Shown here: in pieces, positions 44,497 through 54,029 of the stretch | How the letters are laid out: the number at the start of each line of letters is the position of its first letter | Position numbering within the stretch: position 1 is the stretch's first letter | Assembly (NCBI GenBank): GCA_039798065.1 | Contig: JBDKGS010000001.1 | Location: forward strand, 1 to 61,341 | DNA from: Fibrobacterota bacterium | GTDB lineage: Bacteria > Fibrobacterota > Fibrobacteria > UBA5070 | Direction of reading: 5' to 3' | Length of the DNA: 61,341 nt | The notes under the pieces: model-generated | Told to the model about the DNA's origin: nothing | The model's input: the letters and a program-made list of their open reading frames with translations, nothing else | The model's database searches: none | Translations under genes and position numbers: made by a program

Positions 44497-45354
44497 TCAA
44501 GCCGTCTGCTGATCCACATCGGCCACGCCACCGACTTCGTCAAGGGTACTGAGGTATTGGAGCAACGCTTCCGCCATCGCGCGGGCCTTCGGTGCCACTT
44601 CGCGGGTGTCCAGCCACCGGCACAAGGCAACCTTCAGCCGCTTGTCTTCAACAACAATCGTTTGACCTTTGCGCTTGTCAGCTATTCCAGCCCCCTCAGC
44701 TCCAGCTTCAATCGAGGCAAGCATCATGTACACGGCCCGACGTGACTTCCCGAGCACCGCAGACAATGCCGGAATCACTGTCCGCTCGCCTTGTTTCGGA
44801 CGACCAACACCGTCGCGATATCCCGCGGCTTTCAGCGTTGTCGCAAGTGCCCTAATTTCTTGCTTAGAAAAGTTGCGTCGCTGACAGTTTTCGGCGACGT
44901 CGATTCCGAGCGCAGTCGATGGATCCGTAACGGAGTCAATCGAAAGCACATGCACCGCCACCGGATTCCCCGAAACCGGGAGCATCCCCAGCCTTTCACT
45001 CATCGCCGGCGACGGATCCGCTTTGAACAACTCCCGCCACACCGATGTACGCTGCTCCTGTGTAGCTGCGATCAGCCGTAGCGCCGCCCAACGGTGACCA
45101 CCGGCAAGCAACCTGTGCTTGGTGTCCACAGCTACCGGCTCGATGAGCCCAAGGGCGACGATGGACTCTGCCAAATCAAGCACATGTACAGTATCGAGCG
45201 ACCGTGTCGCGGGATTGTGACGCGGGCGGATCTCGTGGACCAGTAGCCTGTGCTCCTGTGCATTTGCCAGTACCGCAGTGACATTCTGCTCTTGCTTGTG
45301 CAGCCCTGCTCCGGCCGTCAGCGCACGTCCGAAGACATCGGGCTTCGACTTCAT
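44497..45354 (-). CDS. parB: ParB-like partition / nuclease-domain protein
   Basis: ParB N-terminal domain signature HEIRPRHNPATRSLD..LAESIVALGLIEPVAV..LLAGGHRWAALRL. The start ATG overlaps the parA stop (ATGA 45351-45354). Confidence 0.8.
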   Translation of the reverse strand: MKSKPDVFGRALTAGAGLHKQEQNVTAVLANAQEHRLLVHEIRPRHNPATRSLDTVHVLDLAESIVALGLIEPVAVDTKHRLLAGGHRWAALRLIAATQEQRTSVWRELFKADPSPAMSERLGMLPVSGNPVAVHVLSIDSVTDPSTALGIDVAENCQRRNFSKQEIRALATTLKAAGYRDGVGRPKQGERTVIPALSAVLGKSRRAVYMMLASIEAGAEGAGIADKRKGQTIVVEDKRLKVALCRWLDTREVAPKARAMAEALLQYLSTLDEVGGVADVDQQTA

Positions 45355-46058
45355 TGGACCTCCGTCTGTTCCACAATCCATGACGCGATAACGTCGATGT
45401 CTGCGAGAGCCTTGCTGTGCTGCAACACCGCCGTTGGTGAGCCTTCCGCGAGCGCGCGTTCGAGTCGTGCGTCCTGATGAACGACGAACACGTTCTCGCC
45501 TGGGAATGCGTTCGCGATACCTGCAGTGACGTCACGATGGAGTGCACGGCGAGGATCCACACGAGAGACAACCAACGCACGGCGCTTCACAGCTTCGAGA
45601 GACTGGAGGATCGTCGCTGCGCCGGCGAGACCCAGTGGATGCGGTTCCGTCAGTACCAGCACGACATCCGCGGCGGCGACAACTGCGCGGCTGAGCGCAC
45701 TGGAGCCTGCAGCGGTATCGAAGATGACAACATCGGACTGTACACGAGCGAGAGCACGCCGAAACACATGTTCGTCCACGTTCTGGAGCTGCTCGAGATC
45801 TGGTCCGCCAGCCAGCAGACGCACGCCTGGTTGCGGCTCCTGTACAAGTTCAACCGGCAGGTCACCAGCGGCGAGCCACTGCCCTGCGCCACCGACCAAG
45901 GGATCAACACCCATCGCCAACGCGGCCAAGGATTGTGCATCCAGGTCCGCGAGCAGCACCGAGTAACCCGCATGCGCCAGAATCGATGCGAGCGTGGTCG
46001 CCACGGTTGTCTTACCCACGCCGCCTTTACGGGCTACTACAACAACTGAAATCGCCAT
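45351..46058 (-). CDS. parA: ParA/MinD-family partition ATPase
   Basis: Deviant Walker A ARKGGVGKTT 8 residues after the ATG at 46058 (GGAGG upstream), followed by LLADLDAQ. 235 aa. Confidence 0.88.
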   Translation of the reverse strand: MAISVVVVARKGGVGKTTVATTLASILAHAGYSVLLADLDAQSLAALAMGVDPLVGGAGQWLAAGDLPVELVQEPQPGVRLLAGGPDLEQLQNVDEHVFRRALARVQSDVVIFDTAAGSSALSRAVVAAADVVLVLTEPHPLGLAGAATILQSLEAVKRRALVVSRVDPRRALHRDVTAGIANAFPGENVFVVHQDARLERALAEGSPTAVLQHSKALADIDVIASWIVEQTEVQ

Positions 46059-46096
46059 TTCAATTCCTCCGGTTACGACAGCCGCTCGTGCAGCTG

Positions 46097-46876
46097 CTAT
46101 TGTTTTTCCAGCGCACGCAAGCATCCACACCCATGGTCGAACGCCTCGTGCAGCTGCTGGTGCCAGCGTGTCCAGATCCGAGGTGCGCACGGACTCGGGG
46201 GGCCTTCTCGCAATCCCACGATGAGCTGCGAGAACAACCGATACGGATGCACGTTCAGGCTCTCGTTCGCCAAGATTTTCAACATCAACGCCAGAAGACG
46301 ATCCAATTGCCGTCCGGTGATGACATCCGGGCCTTCCGTCAGGAAACAATCACAACCGTCCAGCCTACCCTGCCGTAAGGTCATGGCCAGTAGCCCGGTT
46401 CTCCATTCATCGTCAGCGTGCTCACCATCGGGCTGGCGGTATACGTACACACACATGGGTTCGCATGGCTCCTTTGCCTTGAGCTGACCCTCAACAAAAT
46501 CCAGCTGCAAGCACTCAGGAGGACATCCCAATGCGTGCAGCAGATAACCGGGATACATATCGTCCTCACGCGGGCGAATCCCGACGATCACGGTTCCAGA
46601 AAACGGAACCAGGCCCTGTTTCCAGCCCAGGATCTCGCCGTCGTGTACAAGGCGCCCACTTCGGAGCACATAGCCACGAGGCTCGCGTGAAGAACCTTTC
46701 CAGGTAACGTACGCCAGACCGCGTTCATCGGCTGGATGGACCGGGCTCCCGTGCACAGCGAGGATGTCGTGATCGACACAATTCAGACAGATACTGTCGA
46801 ATGCGGATGACTTCCCACCAACGTCCAATGGCGTCAAGCATTTGATGTACGCAGGTGGGGCCTTGTATGGCTGCAT
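46097..46876 (-). CDS. hypothetical Cys-rich protein (259 aa), paralogue of 46951..48024
   Basis: Shares FSGT(V/I)IVG, HPY(R/G)L, APR(I/T)WTR(W/H)HQ and C(G/K)CLR(A/T)LE blocks, in the same order, with the upstream gene. Confidence 0.6.
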   Translation of the reverse strand: MQPYKAPPAYIKCLTPLDVGGKSSAFDSICLNCVDHDILAVHGSPVHPADERGLAYVTWKGSSREPRGYVLRSGRLVHDGEILGWKQGLVPFSGTVIVGIRPREDDMYPGYLLHALGCPPECLQLDFVEGQLKAKEPCEPMCVYVYRQPDGEHADDEWRTGLLAMTLRQGRLDGCDCFLTEGPDVITGRQLDRLLALMLKILANESLNVHPYRLFSQLIVGLREGPPSPCAPRIWTRWHQQLHEAFDHGCGCLRALEKQ

Positions 46877-46950
46877 GATGACTTTCCGTATGATCCGTTC
46901 AGAGGAGGTTGTCGTGGATGCACATCACAAACACGCGTTGGTGTTAGTGG

Positions 46951-48024
46951 TTACAGGGACGCACACACGCAGGATTTCGGAATGACACCACCGAGCTCCG
47001 TCCGAACCAGGCTTTCGCCGCGTATGCGCGAGCCGGTCTTTCTGAGCCGATTCAGACGCTGGATCAACGGGCAGTCCCCTGGACACGGATCGCCCTCGCG
47101 ACGGATCGGACAGACACCGGTCTTGGCGATCGGCCAGTGTGCGCCGGGAGCCAGAGCATCCTCCAGCGTACGCAGACATTTACAGTTGTCGATTCGCTCG
47201 TGGATGACCTGATGATGACGCGTCCATGTGCGTGGCGCATCCGCACTCCCCGGCCCGGCCCTCAACCCTCGCAGAACAAGAAGCAGCAGCCCGTAAGGAT
47301 GTGCGTTCGTGTCATCACGCCCGGCGGAGTCGATCAACGTGGCCAGGATCTCGTACAGAGGCTCGCTCGAGATCGGCCCGCGGGCACGAAGCCCCAAAGG
47401 GCACTTACATCCCGCTTCCAGCCAGTTACGTGGTAGCACAGAGTGCAACAGGTTGTACATAAGCTCTTCGCCTGTTTGTGCATTCTCTACCGCCAGCTTG
47501 AGCTGCTCTTCGACTGTGTTCAACGTGTACATGCGCTGTACATCACACAGAGTCTTGGTGAGCAACTTCCCATTTCGGAAGGTCAGCTCAAGGCAGTCCC
47601 GGTGTTCCGTAGATCCTAGCCTCTGATGGCCGAGGTTGAAATCATCCGGGGTGTCCCCGACACCAACGACAATCGTCCCGGAGAAGTACACGATCCGCCC
47701 AATTCCATACCAGCACGCGACACCATCGTCGATCGTACACACGACGCCGTCGATGGTGGGCAATGTCTCCATTCGGCCGGTGGCGCGATCAAGCGCCATC
47801 CGGAATTGAGGGATGTTATCCTCGTCCACGCCTATGCAGGTTTGGATCATGATCAACACCCCATTTTTCAGGGCGTAGCCTACGCTGAACCCGCGGGCGC
47901 AGCCTTCAAACGGCTCGCGAGTAAGGCCTATTTGATCCGGCCGAAAGAGCCCTGCACCTTTGACAGCGAGGATATCGTACACGACCCTCTTGAGACAGAT
48001 TGTGTCAAGGATCTGGTATTTCAT
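46951..48024 (-). CDS. hypothetical Cys-rich protein (357 aa), paralogue of 46097..46876 with extra Cys-rich tail
   Basis: The ATG at 48024 lies 1 nt after the upstream stop (TGA-C-ATG). Same conserved blocks as the paralogue. C-terminal extension GVCPIRREGDPCPGDCP. Confidence 0.6.
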   Translation of the reverse strand: MKYQILDTICLKRVVYDILAVKGAGLFRPDQIGLTREPFEGCARGFSVGYALKNGVLIMIQTCIGVDEDNIPQFRMALDRATGRMETLPTIDGVVCTIDDGVACWYGIGRIVYFSGTIVVGVGDTPDDFNLGHQRLGSTEHRDCLELTFRNGKLLTKTLCDVQRMYTLNTVEEQLKLAVENAQTGEELMYNLLHSVLPRNWLEAGCKCPLGLRARGPISSEPLYEILATLIDSAGRDDTNAHPYGLLLLVLRGLRAGPGSADAPRTWTRHHQVIHERIDNCKCLRTLEDALAPGAHWPIAKTGVCPIRREGDPCPGDCPLIQRLNRLRKTGSRIRGESLVRTELGGVIPKSCVCASL

Positions 48025-48025
48025 G

Positions 48026-48508
48026 TCAAACCTCGACGGCTTCGCCATCGGTGTACACAGAAAGATCACCAGGACGCACAAGCACCGGAAGGCCGTCAAT
48101 AAGGGCCACGCTCCAATCAATTGTCTCGGGTCCCCATGTGACACGGCGGCACAACCGCGACTCGTGTGCGCACTCCAAGGACAGAAGTGTCAGGAGTGGA
48201 AAGAGTGCCTCCCATGCACCGTCATCGCTTCGGCGGAGCGGCCAAATGGTTACACCACCGGCGAGCACGTATTTCCCTGATGGCAAGCACACGGGGTCGA
48301 AGCTGTCACCGCCACCGAGTTCGTCGGACTGTGCGACTTCGATTTCCTCGCTAAAATCGGACACGGGCGCAGGGCCCAACGGCACCGGTGGGATTCCTGT
48401 TTCACCGTCGGCGATACGGGTGTCGACCGGTGGCTTTGGAGGCGTTGCCCGCAAATTCGCTGCGGACATAAGGGTTGTCTTGGGTTTCCTGGGCATAGCA
48501 GACCTCAT
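48026..48508 (-). CDS. hypothetical protein (up to 160 aa), first gene of the par-linked operon
   Basis: The ORF ends 1 nt before the next start. Pro-rich N-terminus. No motif recognised; exact start uncertain. Confidence 0.45.
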   Translation of the reverse strand: MRSAMPRKPKTTLMSAANLRATPPKPPVDTRIADGETGIPPVPLGPAPVSDFSEEIEVAQSDELGGGDSFDPVCLPSGKYVLAGGVTIWPLRRSDDGAWEALFPLLTLLSLECAHESRLCRRVTWGPETIDWSVALIDGLPVLVRPGDLSVYTDGEAVEV

Positions 48509-49213
48509 TCATCGGGAAATGGCAATACTGATCACCGGCCACGGCGACATTACCGCTGGCCTTGTTCTCGATTTCATTCGCATTCAATCGGCTCCGACGA
48601 AGATATTCCCGAACGCCAAGATTTCAAATAAAAATTGCATTCGAAATCGAAATAAATATTTGCAAGATTTCCGCGTTACATGAATCGCAAAACACGTTAT
48701 TCGACAGCAAGCCAGATGTCAACAGCGATTGCGGCATGCCCTCATTGAAAATTTGACACCTGATGAAATCACGAATCGCACCGCACCCCATATAAATACT
48801 GGGATTGCGCCGAACTTGACAAACTCAATTTCGCTATTCGATGCGATTTACAAGCACAACAATAAAGCAGGTGCCAGAGATCATAACCAAGCAATACAGC
48901 CATTCGACAAATCAATTGCAGGCCGTAACAATCCCATCCCACACATCAACCCTGCCAGCACCTGTTATGCATTCCAATTCCATTCGCGAAACAAATTCAA
49001 ATAGATTGAAAAGCAGATAGCAGATTTTGAACCTGCGTTATTCCTGTTATAGCCTTTCGCCAAACCCATCTATTCCATGCCCTTTGTCAGAACTCGCTGC
49101 TCATGTAACGCGCGCCCCGATGAGCCATTGCTGCAAGGACTCGTTTCGCATGAAGCCGAGAGCGTGTTTTACCTTGGTCCGTATCAACGGCTGCCAATCC
49201 GGAGACCCCGCAA

Positions 49214-51583
49214 ATGCTTCTTCCATATCTGCTATCCTGCTTTACCTCGTTGACCGGAGCCTGGAGCACAATCCAAGTTGCAGGCGGCAACGGTGCCGCG
49301 CAACGTATCCAAGCCGCCGTGGATGTCTGTCCAACCTACGGGTGTACCATCGAGCTGCCAGACGCCCAGTACCCCATGGAAGCCCCGGTGTGGATCCTGA
49401 ACCGATCCGACATCCGATTGATCGGCACCGGACCGAGTGCACCAGTTTTTGTCTGGAAGGATTCGCTGTTCACCAGAGACACCGCGGGTGTCGCTGCGCT
49501 TTTCCAGATGCCGTCATTGCCAGGTGGAGAACGCCCCGTGCTTCCGGCGGGGTCGCTGCGGTGGCCGACAAACACCACCGATTCAACCAACCCGTACTAC
49601 CGCACCGGATTCCAGCATAACGGCATGTTCAATGTCGAAAACTCGACGCGCATCGAGTTCAACAACCTGATCCTGGACGGAAACAAGCTCGCGATGTTCT
49701 ACAACGTCGGAGTCTTGAACGGCATGTACTCGATCTTGTTCGGCAGTGTCGGCATCACTTTCCTGAAAAGTTTGGCCAGCACCGTCACCCATTGCGAATT
49801 CCGCCATTTTTGGTCGGCCATGTACATGAACAACCGCAACACCAAGTGTGCAGCATGGACGACCAAAGCCAACATCGATCTGGTACCCCAGCAAGCCTGG
49901 ACCGACTGCGGAAAGATGGGCGGGCATCTGATCGAGCGAAACCGCATCCACGGCAACTGGTGGGCTATCTACTCCGAATCCCAGTGGGATCAGGGAAGCG
50001 TCATCCGAGAAAATGTCGCCTGGAACAATGCTAACCAGTTCGCGCGGGATTCGACCACGGTGCTGTTGCCGAATGCCAAGTTCATCCGAAGCGACAACGA
50101 ATTCCAGGCAAGCGGCTTCATCTTCTCGAAAGACGCCATGTTCCCGGCCGATGTGGTTTCGCACAACACCCTCGTCGACAACCCCATGCCTTACGCGCAC
50201 TCCGGGTACCACGCCGCCGGCAACGCCCTGTGGTCGGACGACATCCTCGACGCGCTCGAACCCGCGGGTTCCAGTTGGATGCAATTATTCAGGTCAATAG
50301 GAAGTCCACGTCTATGGAATTCGACCGTCCAGCACCAAGCCACGGGTGCGATCTGGGGCAAGTCCAACTACGTCGAAATCAAGGATTCGACATTCAAGAC
50401 CACAATGAATCGACTTGTCGTACGCGACAGCGCTCCTGGAGCCGTGTCCGGCGGACAGGTGTTAAGGACACCGATCGACACCACCGACACACTTATCAAC
50501 GGCCAGATCGCCTACAACATCACCTACTACACCTACACGCTCTTCTACGACACACTTGTCGACACCGTAGCATGTAAACAGACCTGTTACCTCACTCTGG
50601 TAAACGGAGATCATTTCATTCGTGATTGGCAATATCTGCCCTGGAATTACAAGCCACTGCAGGGCGGCTGGTGGACCGCCGTCGTACGAGATGCCTACCA
50701 GGTACTACACAGCTACAGGCTGTGGGATCCGCAGTTTTGCGATTCCTCGGGGCTCATCAAATTCTATGGCAACGACTCCAGCTTGACCAATCACTTGGGA
50801 ACCAGCCACTGCAGAAACTGTCGTTTTGCATCCAATCGCACTTCGGATTCGCTGTTTCTGGTGCCGAAGTGGTCGGACTCATCAGGCACAGCCCCTTTCA
50901 ACCAAGGGTTCCGCGGCAATCCTCAAGGCGCCTTCGGACGCGACAACCGACTTGGGTCCCACGTTCCTGTGCGTGTGCGTGCTACGGGAATGCCATCCTA
51001 CGACAACAACACCAGCACCCTGTCTCTTCCAGTGTCCTGGTTCTCCGAAGGCGCTGCTGTACAGAGGCTATCCGTTGCTCGTGCACGCGCAACTCGACGC
51101 CAGATCGTGATCAACTCTTCCGATGTGCTCTCCTTCAACATCGAACCCATGATCAGCATCGGTGCCATCCCGGATGTGAACGCGGGCGACTCCGTGATCA
51201 AGATCCCATTCACCCCAAACGCCACCGACAGCATCTACCAGTTCGACTTGTGGCTCGTTGGCATCTCCGGTACCGACACCCTCGCGGCCACGCCGATGTC
51301 TTGGGTGTGGTCTCCTCGGGCTGCATCCGGTCATTCCTTCACCGTGAACACAAGCACTCGCACATTCGAAGCCGCCACCTCGATCCGTCGAGTGGGACGA
51401 CACACATGGCTTCGGTGGACCGGAGCTGCGGCAACCAAAGTGACCATGACCGACCTCCGGGGCCGAACCGTTCGCCTGACCGTACATGCACTTGGCACCA
51501 CCAACGAGGCCGACCTGTCCGCATGCCCCAAGGGCATTTGGCTCCCCGATCTTCCCGGTGCGCGCCCGGTGACACTGTTCTAA
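49214..51583 (+). CDS. secreted right-handed beta-helix protein (789 aa) with T9SS-type/FlgD-Ig-like C-terminal sorting-like domain
   Basis: GGAGA then ATG at 49214. Signal peptide. GGNGAAQRIQAAVDVC..CTIELPD N-terminal cap. Beta-helix rungs (NRIHGNWWAIYSE, NLILDGN). Last roughly 80 aa (..VTMTDLRGRTVRL..GIWLPDL..) resemble T9SS CTDs. Confidence 0.7.
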   Translation: MLLPYLLSCFTSLTGAWSTIQVAGGNGAAQRIQAAVDVCPTYGCTIELPDAQYPMEAPVWILNRSDIRLIGTGPSAPVFVWKDSLFTRDTAGVAALFQMPSLPGGERPVLPAGSLRWPTNTTDSTNPYYRTGFQHNGMFNVENSTRIEFNNLILDGNKLAMFYNVGVLNGMYSILFGSVGITFLKSLASTVTHCEFRHFWSAMYMNNRNTKCAAWTTKANIDLVPQQAWTDCGKMGGHLIERNRIHGNWWAIYSESQWDQGSVIRENVAWNNANQFARDSTTVLLPNAKFIRSDNEFQASGFIFSKDAMFPADVVSHNTLVDNPMPYAHSGYHAAGNALWSDDILDALEPAGSSWMQLFRSIGSPRLWNSTVQHQATGAIWGKSNYVEIKDSTFKTTMNRLVVRDSAPGAVSGGQVLRTPIDTTDTLINGQIAYNITYYTYTLFYDTLVDTVACKQTCYLTLVNGDHFIRDWQYLPWNYKPLQGGWWTAVVRDAYQVLHSYRLWDPQFCDSSGLIKFYGNDSSLTNHLGTSHCRNCRFASNRTSDSLFLVPKWSDSSGTAPFNQGFRGNPQGAFGRDNRLGSHVPVRVRATGMPSYDNNTSTLSLPVSWFSEGAAVQRLSVARARATRRQIVINSSDVLSFNIEPMISIGAIPDVNAGDSVIKIPFTPNATDSIYQFDLWLVGISGTDTLAATPMSWVWSPRAASGHSFTVNTSTRTFEAATSIRRVGRHTWLRWTGAAATKVTMTDLRGRTVRLTVHALGTTNEADLSACPKGIWLPDLPGARPVTLF

Positions 51584-51605
51584 CCATCCGCACAGGACCC
51601 GCACT

Positions 51606-54029
51606 ATGAAATCCATGCTCGCTCTCGCGCTGATGGTGTCGACAGCATCGACGGCGCTCGCAACACCAACGCTCCAGGTCCGAGGCGGCAGTGGATCCGC
51701 TAAGCGCATCCAAGACGCAGTGGATGCTTGTGTGGCCCAAGGCTGCACCATTGAGCTACCCGACCCGAACTACAAGATGGAAGCTCAAGTCTGGATCATC
51801 GGGCACACCGACTTGAGCCTGGTCGGAACTGGGACGACACAGCCTGTGCTGGCCTGGGAGGACTCGCTCCTGGTCCCCGATAGCAGTGGCGTGGCGAAGC
51901 TCTTCCGTTTGAAGCCGCCAACAGGTGCCGGCCGGCCGGATCTTCCTGCTGGCTGGCTGCGATGGCCCATCAGCTACTCCGGTGGAGTCGGCTCTCTACT
52001 GGATACCCTGAATCCCTATTCCAGCTCGGGATTCCAACGTAACGGCATGCTCCTGGTCGAGAACTCCGCGCGAATTCACATCGAAAACCTTGTGCTTGAC
52101 GGACAGAAATCCGCAGCGTTCTACAATCCCTCGATTTGGAACGAAAAGTATCCCGTGCTCCACGGAAGCGTCGGAATCAGCTTGTTCCACAGCTTGGCCG
52201 TCGATGTCCTGCGGTGCGACATCCGTCATTTCTGGTCAGGCCTCTACTCCAACGGTCGTAACGACGCTTGTGCTGCCTGGGGCAACTCCGGCGACCTGAG
52301 CAAATCCAAGAGCCCGATCTGGTCCAACTGCGCGAAGATGGGCGGACATTTGATCGAGCGCAACCGCATCCACGACAACTGGTGGGGCATCTACAGCGAG
52401 ATCGAGTGGGACCAAGGCAGCGTCATCCGCGAGAACCTCGCCTGGAACAACGTCAACCAAGGTCTCCGAAATCCCGCAGGAACAGTCTTCCCTAAGGCCA
52501 TCCTATCCGACTTCGACGTCAAGGCACCGGGAGGATTTCTGTTCGTCAAGGATGTGGTCTTCCCCGCCCACGTGGTGACCAACAACACCATCGTCGAGAC
52601 CATCCTTCCATACGCATGGTCATTTTACAACGCCGCACCCAACGCCCTGTGGTCCGGAAACATCCTGGAAGTTCAGGATACCCTTGGTGGCGCCAATGCC
52701 TCCCTAGACATCCACAATCTGCTTCAGTATGGAAGCTCGCAGCACATCTGGAGCACGGCTCTGCTGCACCACACCACCGCAACGACGACCACCGCGCCAG
52801 CACCGTCGAAGGTATGGGTTGTCGATTCAAGCGTAAGCTTCCTGGCACCGACACCGATCCCCCGTGACACCGTTCATGGTGTGGTCGCAGGAGCGGGGTT
52901 TCTGCTGGTGCCGTTGGACACGTTCGAAGAAATCGTCGGCGGCAAGACCGTACACACAATCGACTTTGACACCTTCTCTGTCCGTTACGACACAGTCATT
53001 CGACTCACAAATTGCGCACGGGGATGCACGCTCCCGCTGGCGTCGACAGCAGCAAGACCTGCAACCTGGCCGAATCTGCCGCTATCTGCCGTTGCTATGC
53101 GCGACTGGTCCCATGGACTCGTCAAGGCACCGGACAGTTCCTTGCAGATCGGGCGCTACATGGACACCACCGTCGCCGACTCCTCATGCGCCATCCGCTT
53201 CCCCGGGCTGGACACTGGCGTTGCACGACTTCAGCGGAATCGGCAATGCCGCAACTGCCAGATTGCGTCCTGGGACCCGAGTAGCACATCCTTCTTGCAA
53301 CCAGTCTGGGGCACGACGCAGGTCGAGGACGCCATCGGTGGTGACACGCACGAGGCACCTCGTGGCGCGATCGGTCGAGATGGAAAGCTCGGCTCTCACA
53401 TGCCGGTTCGGATTCGGGCCACGGGACTTCCGACCTACGACAAGACACATGGCCAACTGCTATTACCGCTCTCGTTTCACTCCGAAGCTGGTGCTGTATC
53501 GAAATTGATCGTGCTTCGCGCTTGGGTGGCCAAGCGCCCTGTGACACAGATCCTGTACGGTTCCGGACTCACGCCTGCTGAGACACGAGTAGCGACGGGA
53601 GCGATTGCGGAGGTCGAAGCGACGGACAGCGTCGTTCATTTGCCGTTTGCGGGACCAGGAAGCGACAGCATCGTCCAAGTCGATCTGTGGATGGCAGGCA
53701 TTTCCGGCTCCGACACGCTTGCGGCAACACCGATGTCTTGGGCTTGGTCGGCCAATGCCGGGGGACGATCGTTCACGGTCGGAAACGCAGCTCGCATTTC
53801 CAGTCAGGAACGACTGAAGCCGATCTTGGTCAGGGATCAACTCGTCCTGCCTGTTTCTAACAGGGCAGCACCGACGTCGATCATGCTGCTTGATGCCAAA
53901 GGAACGCGCATCAGGATTCGCACCTACCTCGACGGGAACACATTAGTCGCCAAACTGTCGGGAGTCCCGCGAGGAATCTGGTTCACGTTCATCCCTGGAT
54001 TTGAGTCGTTTTCTTTCGTGAGAAATTAA
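51606..54029 (+). CDS. secreted right-handed beta-helix protein (807 aa), tandem paralogue of 49214..51583
   Basis: Collinear similarity to the upstream gene along the full length (GGSGSAKRIQDAVDAC..CTIELPD, NRIHDNWWGIYSE, SDTLAATPMSW). Signal peptide MKSMLALALMVSTASTALA. Confidence 0.7.
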   Translation: MKSMLALALMVSTASTALATPTLQVRGGSGSAKRIQDAVDACVAQGCTIELPDPNYKMEAQVWIIGHTDLSLVGTGTTQPVLAWEDSLLVPDSSGVAKLFRLKPPTGAGRPDLPAGWLRWPISYSGGVGSLLDTLNPYSSSGFQRNGMLLVENSARIHIENLVLDGQKSAAFYNPSIWNEKYPVLHGSVGISLFHSLAVDVLRCDIRHFWSGLYSNGRNDACAAWGNSGDLSKSKSPIWSNCAKMGGHLIERNRIHDNWWGIYSEIEWDQGSVIRENLAWNNVNQGLRNPAGTVFPKAILSDFDVKAPGGFLFVKDVVFPAHVVTNNTIVETILPYAWSFYNAAPNALWSGNILEVQDTLGGANASLDIHNLLQYGSSQHIWSTALLHHTTATTTTAPAPSKVWVVDSSVSFLAPTPIPRDTVHGVVAGAGFLLVPLDTFEEIVGGKTVHTIDFDTFSVRYDTVIRLTNCARGCTLPLASTAARPATWPNLPLSAVAMRDWSHGLVKAPDSSLQIGRYMDTTVADSSCAIRFPGLDTGVARLQRNRQCRNCQIASWDPSSTSFLQPVWGTTQVEDAIGGDTHEAPRGAIGRDGKLGSHMPVRIRATGLPTYDKTHGQLLLPLSFHSEAGAVSKLIVLRAWVAKRPVTQILYGSGLTPAETRVATGAIAEVEATDSVVHLPFAGPGSDSIVQVDLWMAGISGSDTLAATPMSWAWSANAGGRSFTVGNAARISSQERLKPILVRDQLVLPVSNRAAPTSIMLLDAKGTRIRIRTYLDGNTLVAKLSGVPRGIWFTFIPGFESFSFVRN

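Noticed and set aside
43616-44500. 294-aa minus-strand ORF starting 2 nt after the parB stop and running antisense through the XRE gene
   Set aside because: The + strand XRE ORF carries a canonical HTH_3 motif, whereas this ORF has no recognisable feature. Its first ~125 codons (44114-44494) cover otherwise unassigned DNA, so a shorter real gene there cannot be excluded, but no in-frame stop supports one.
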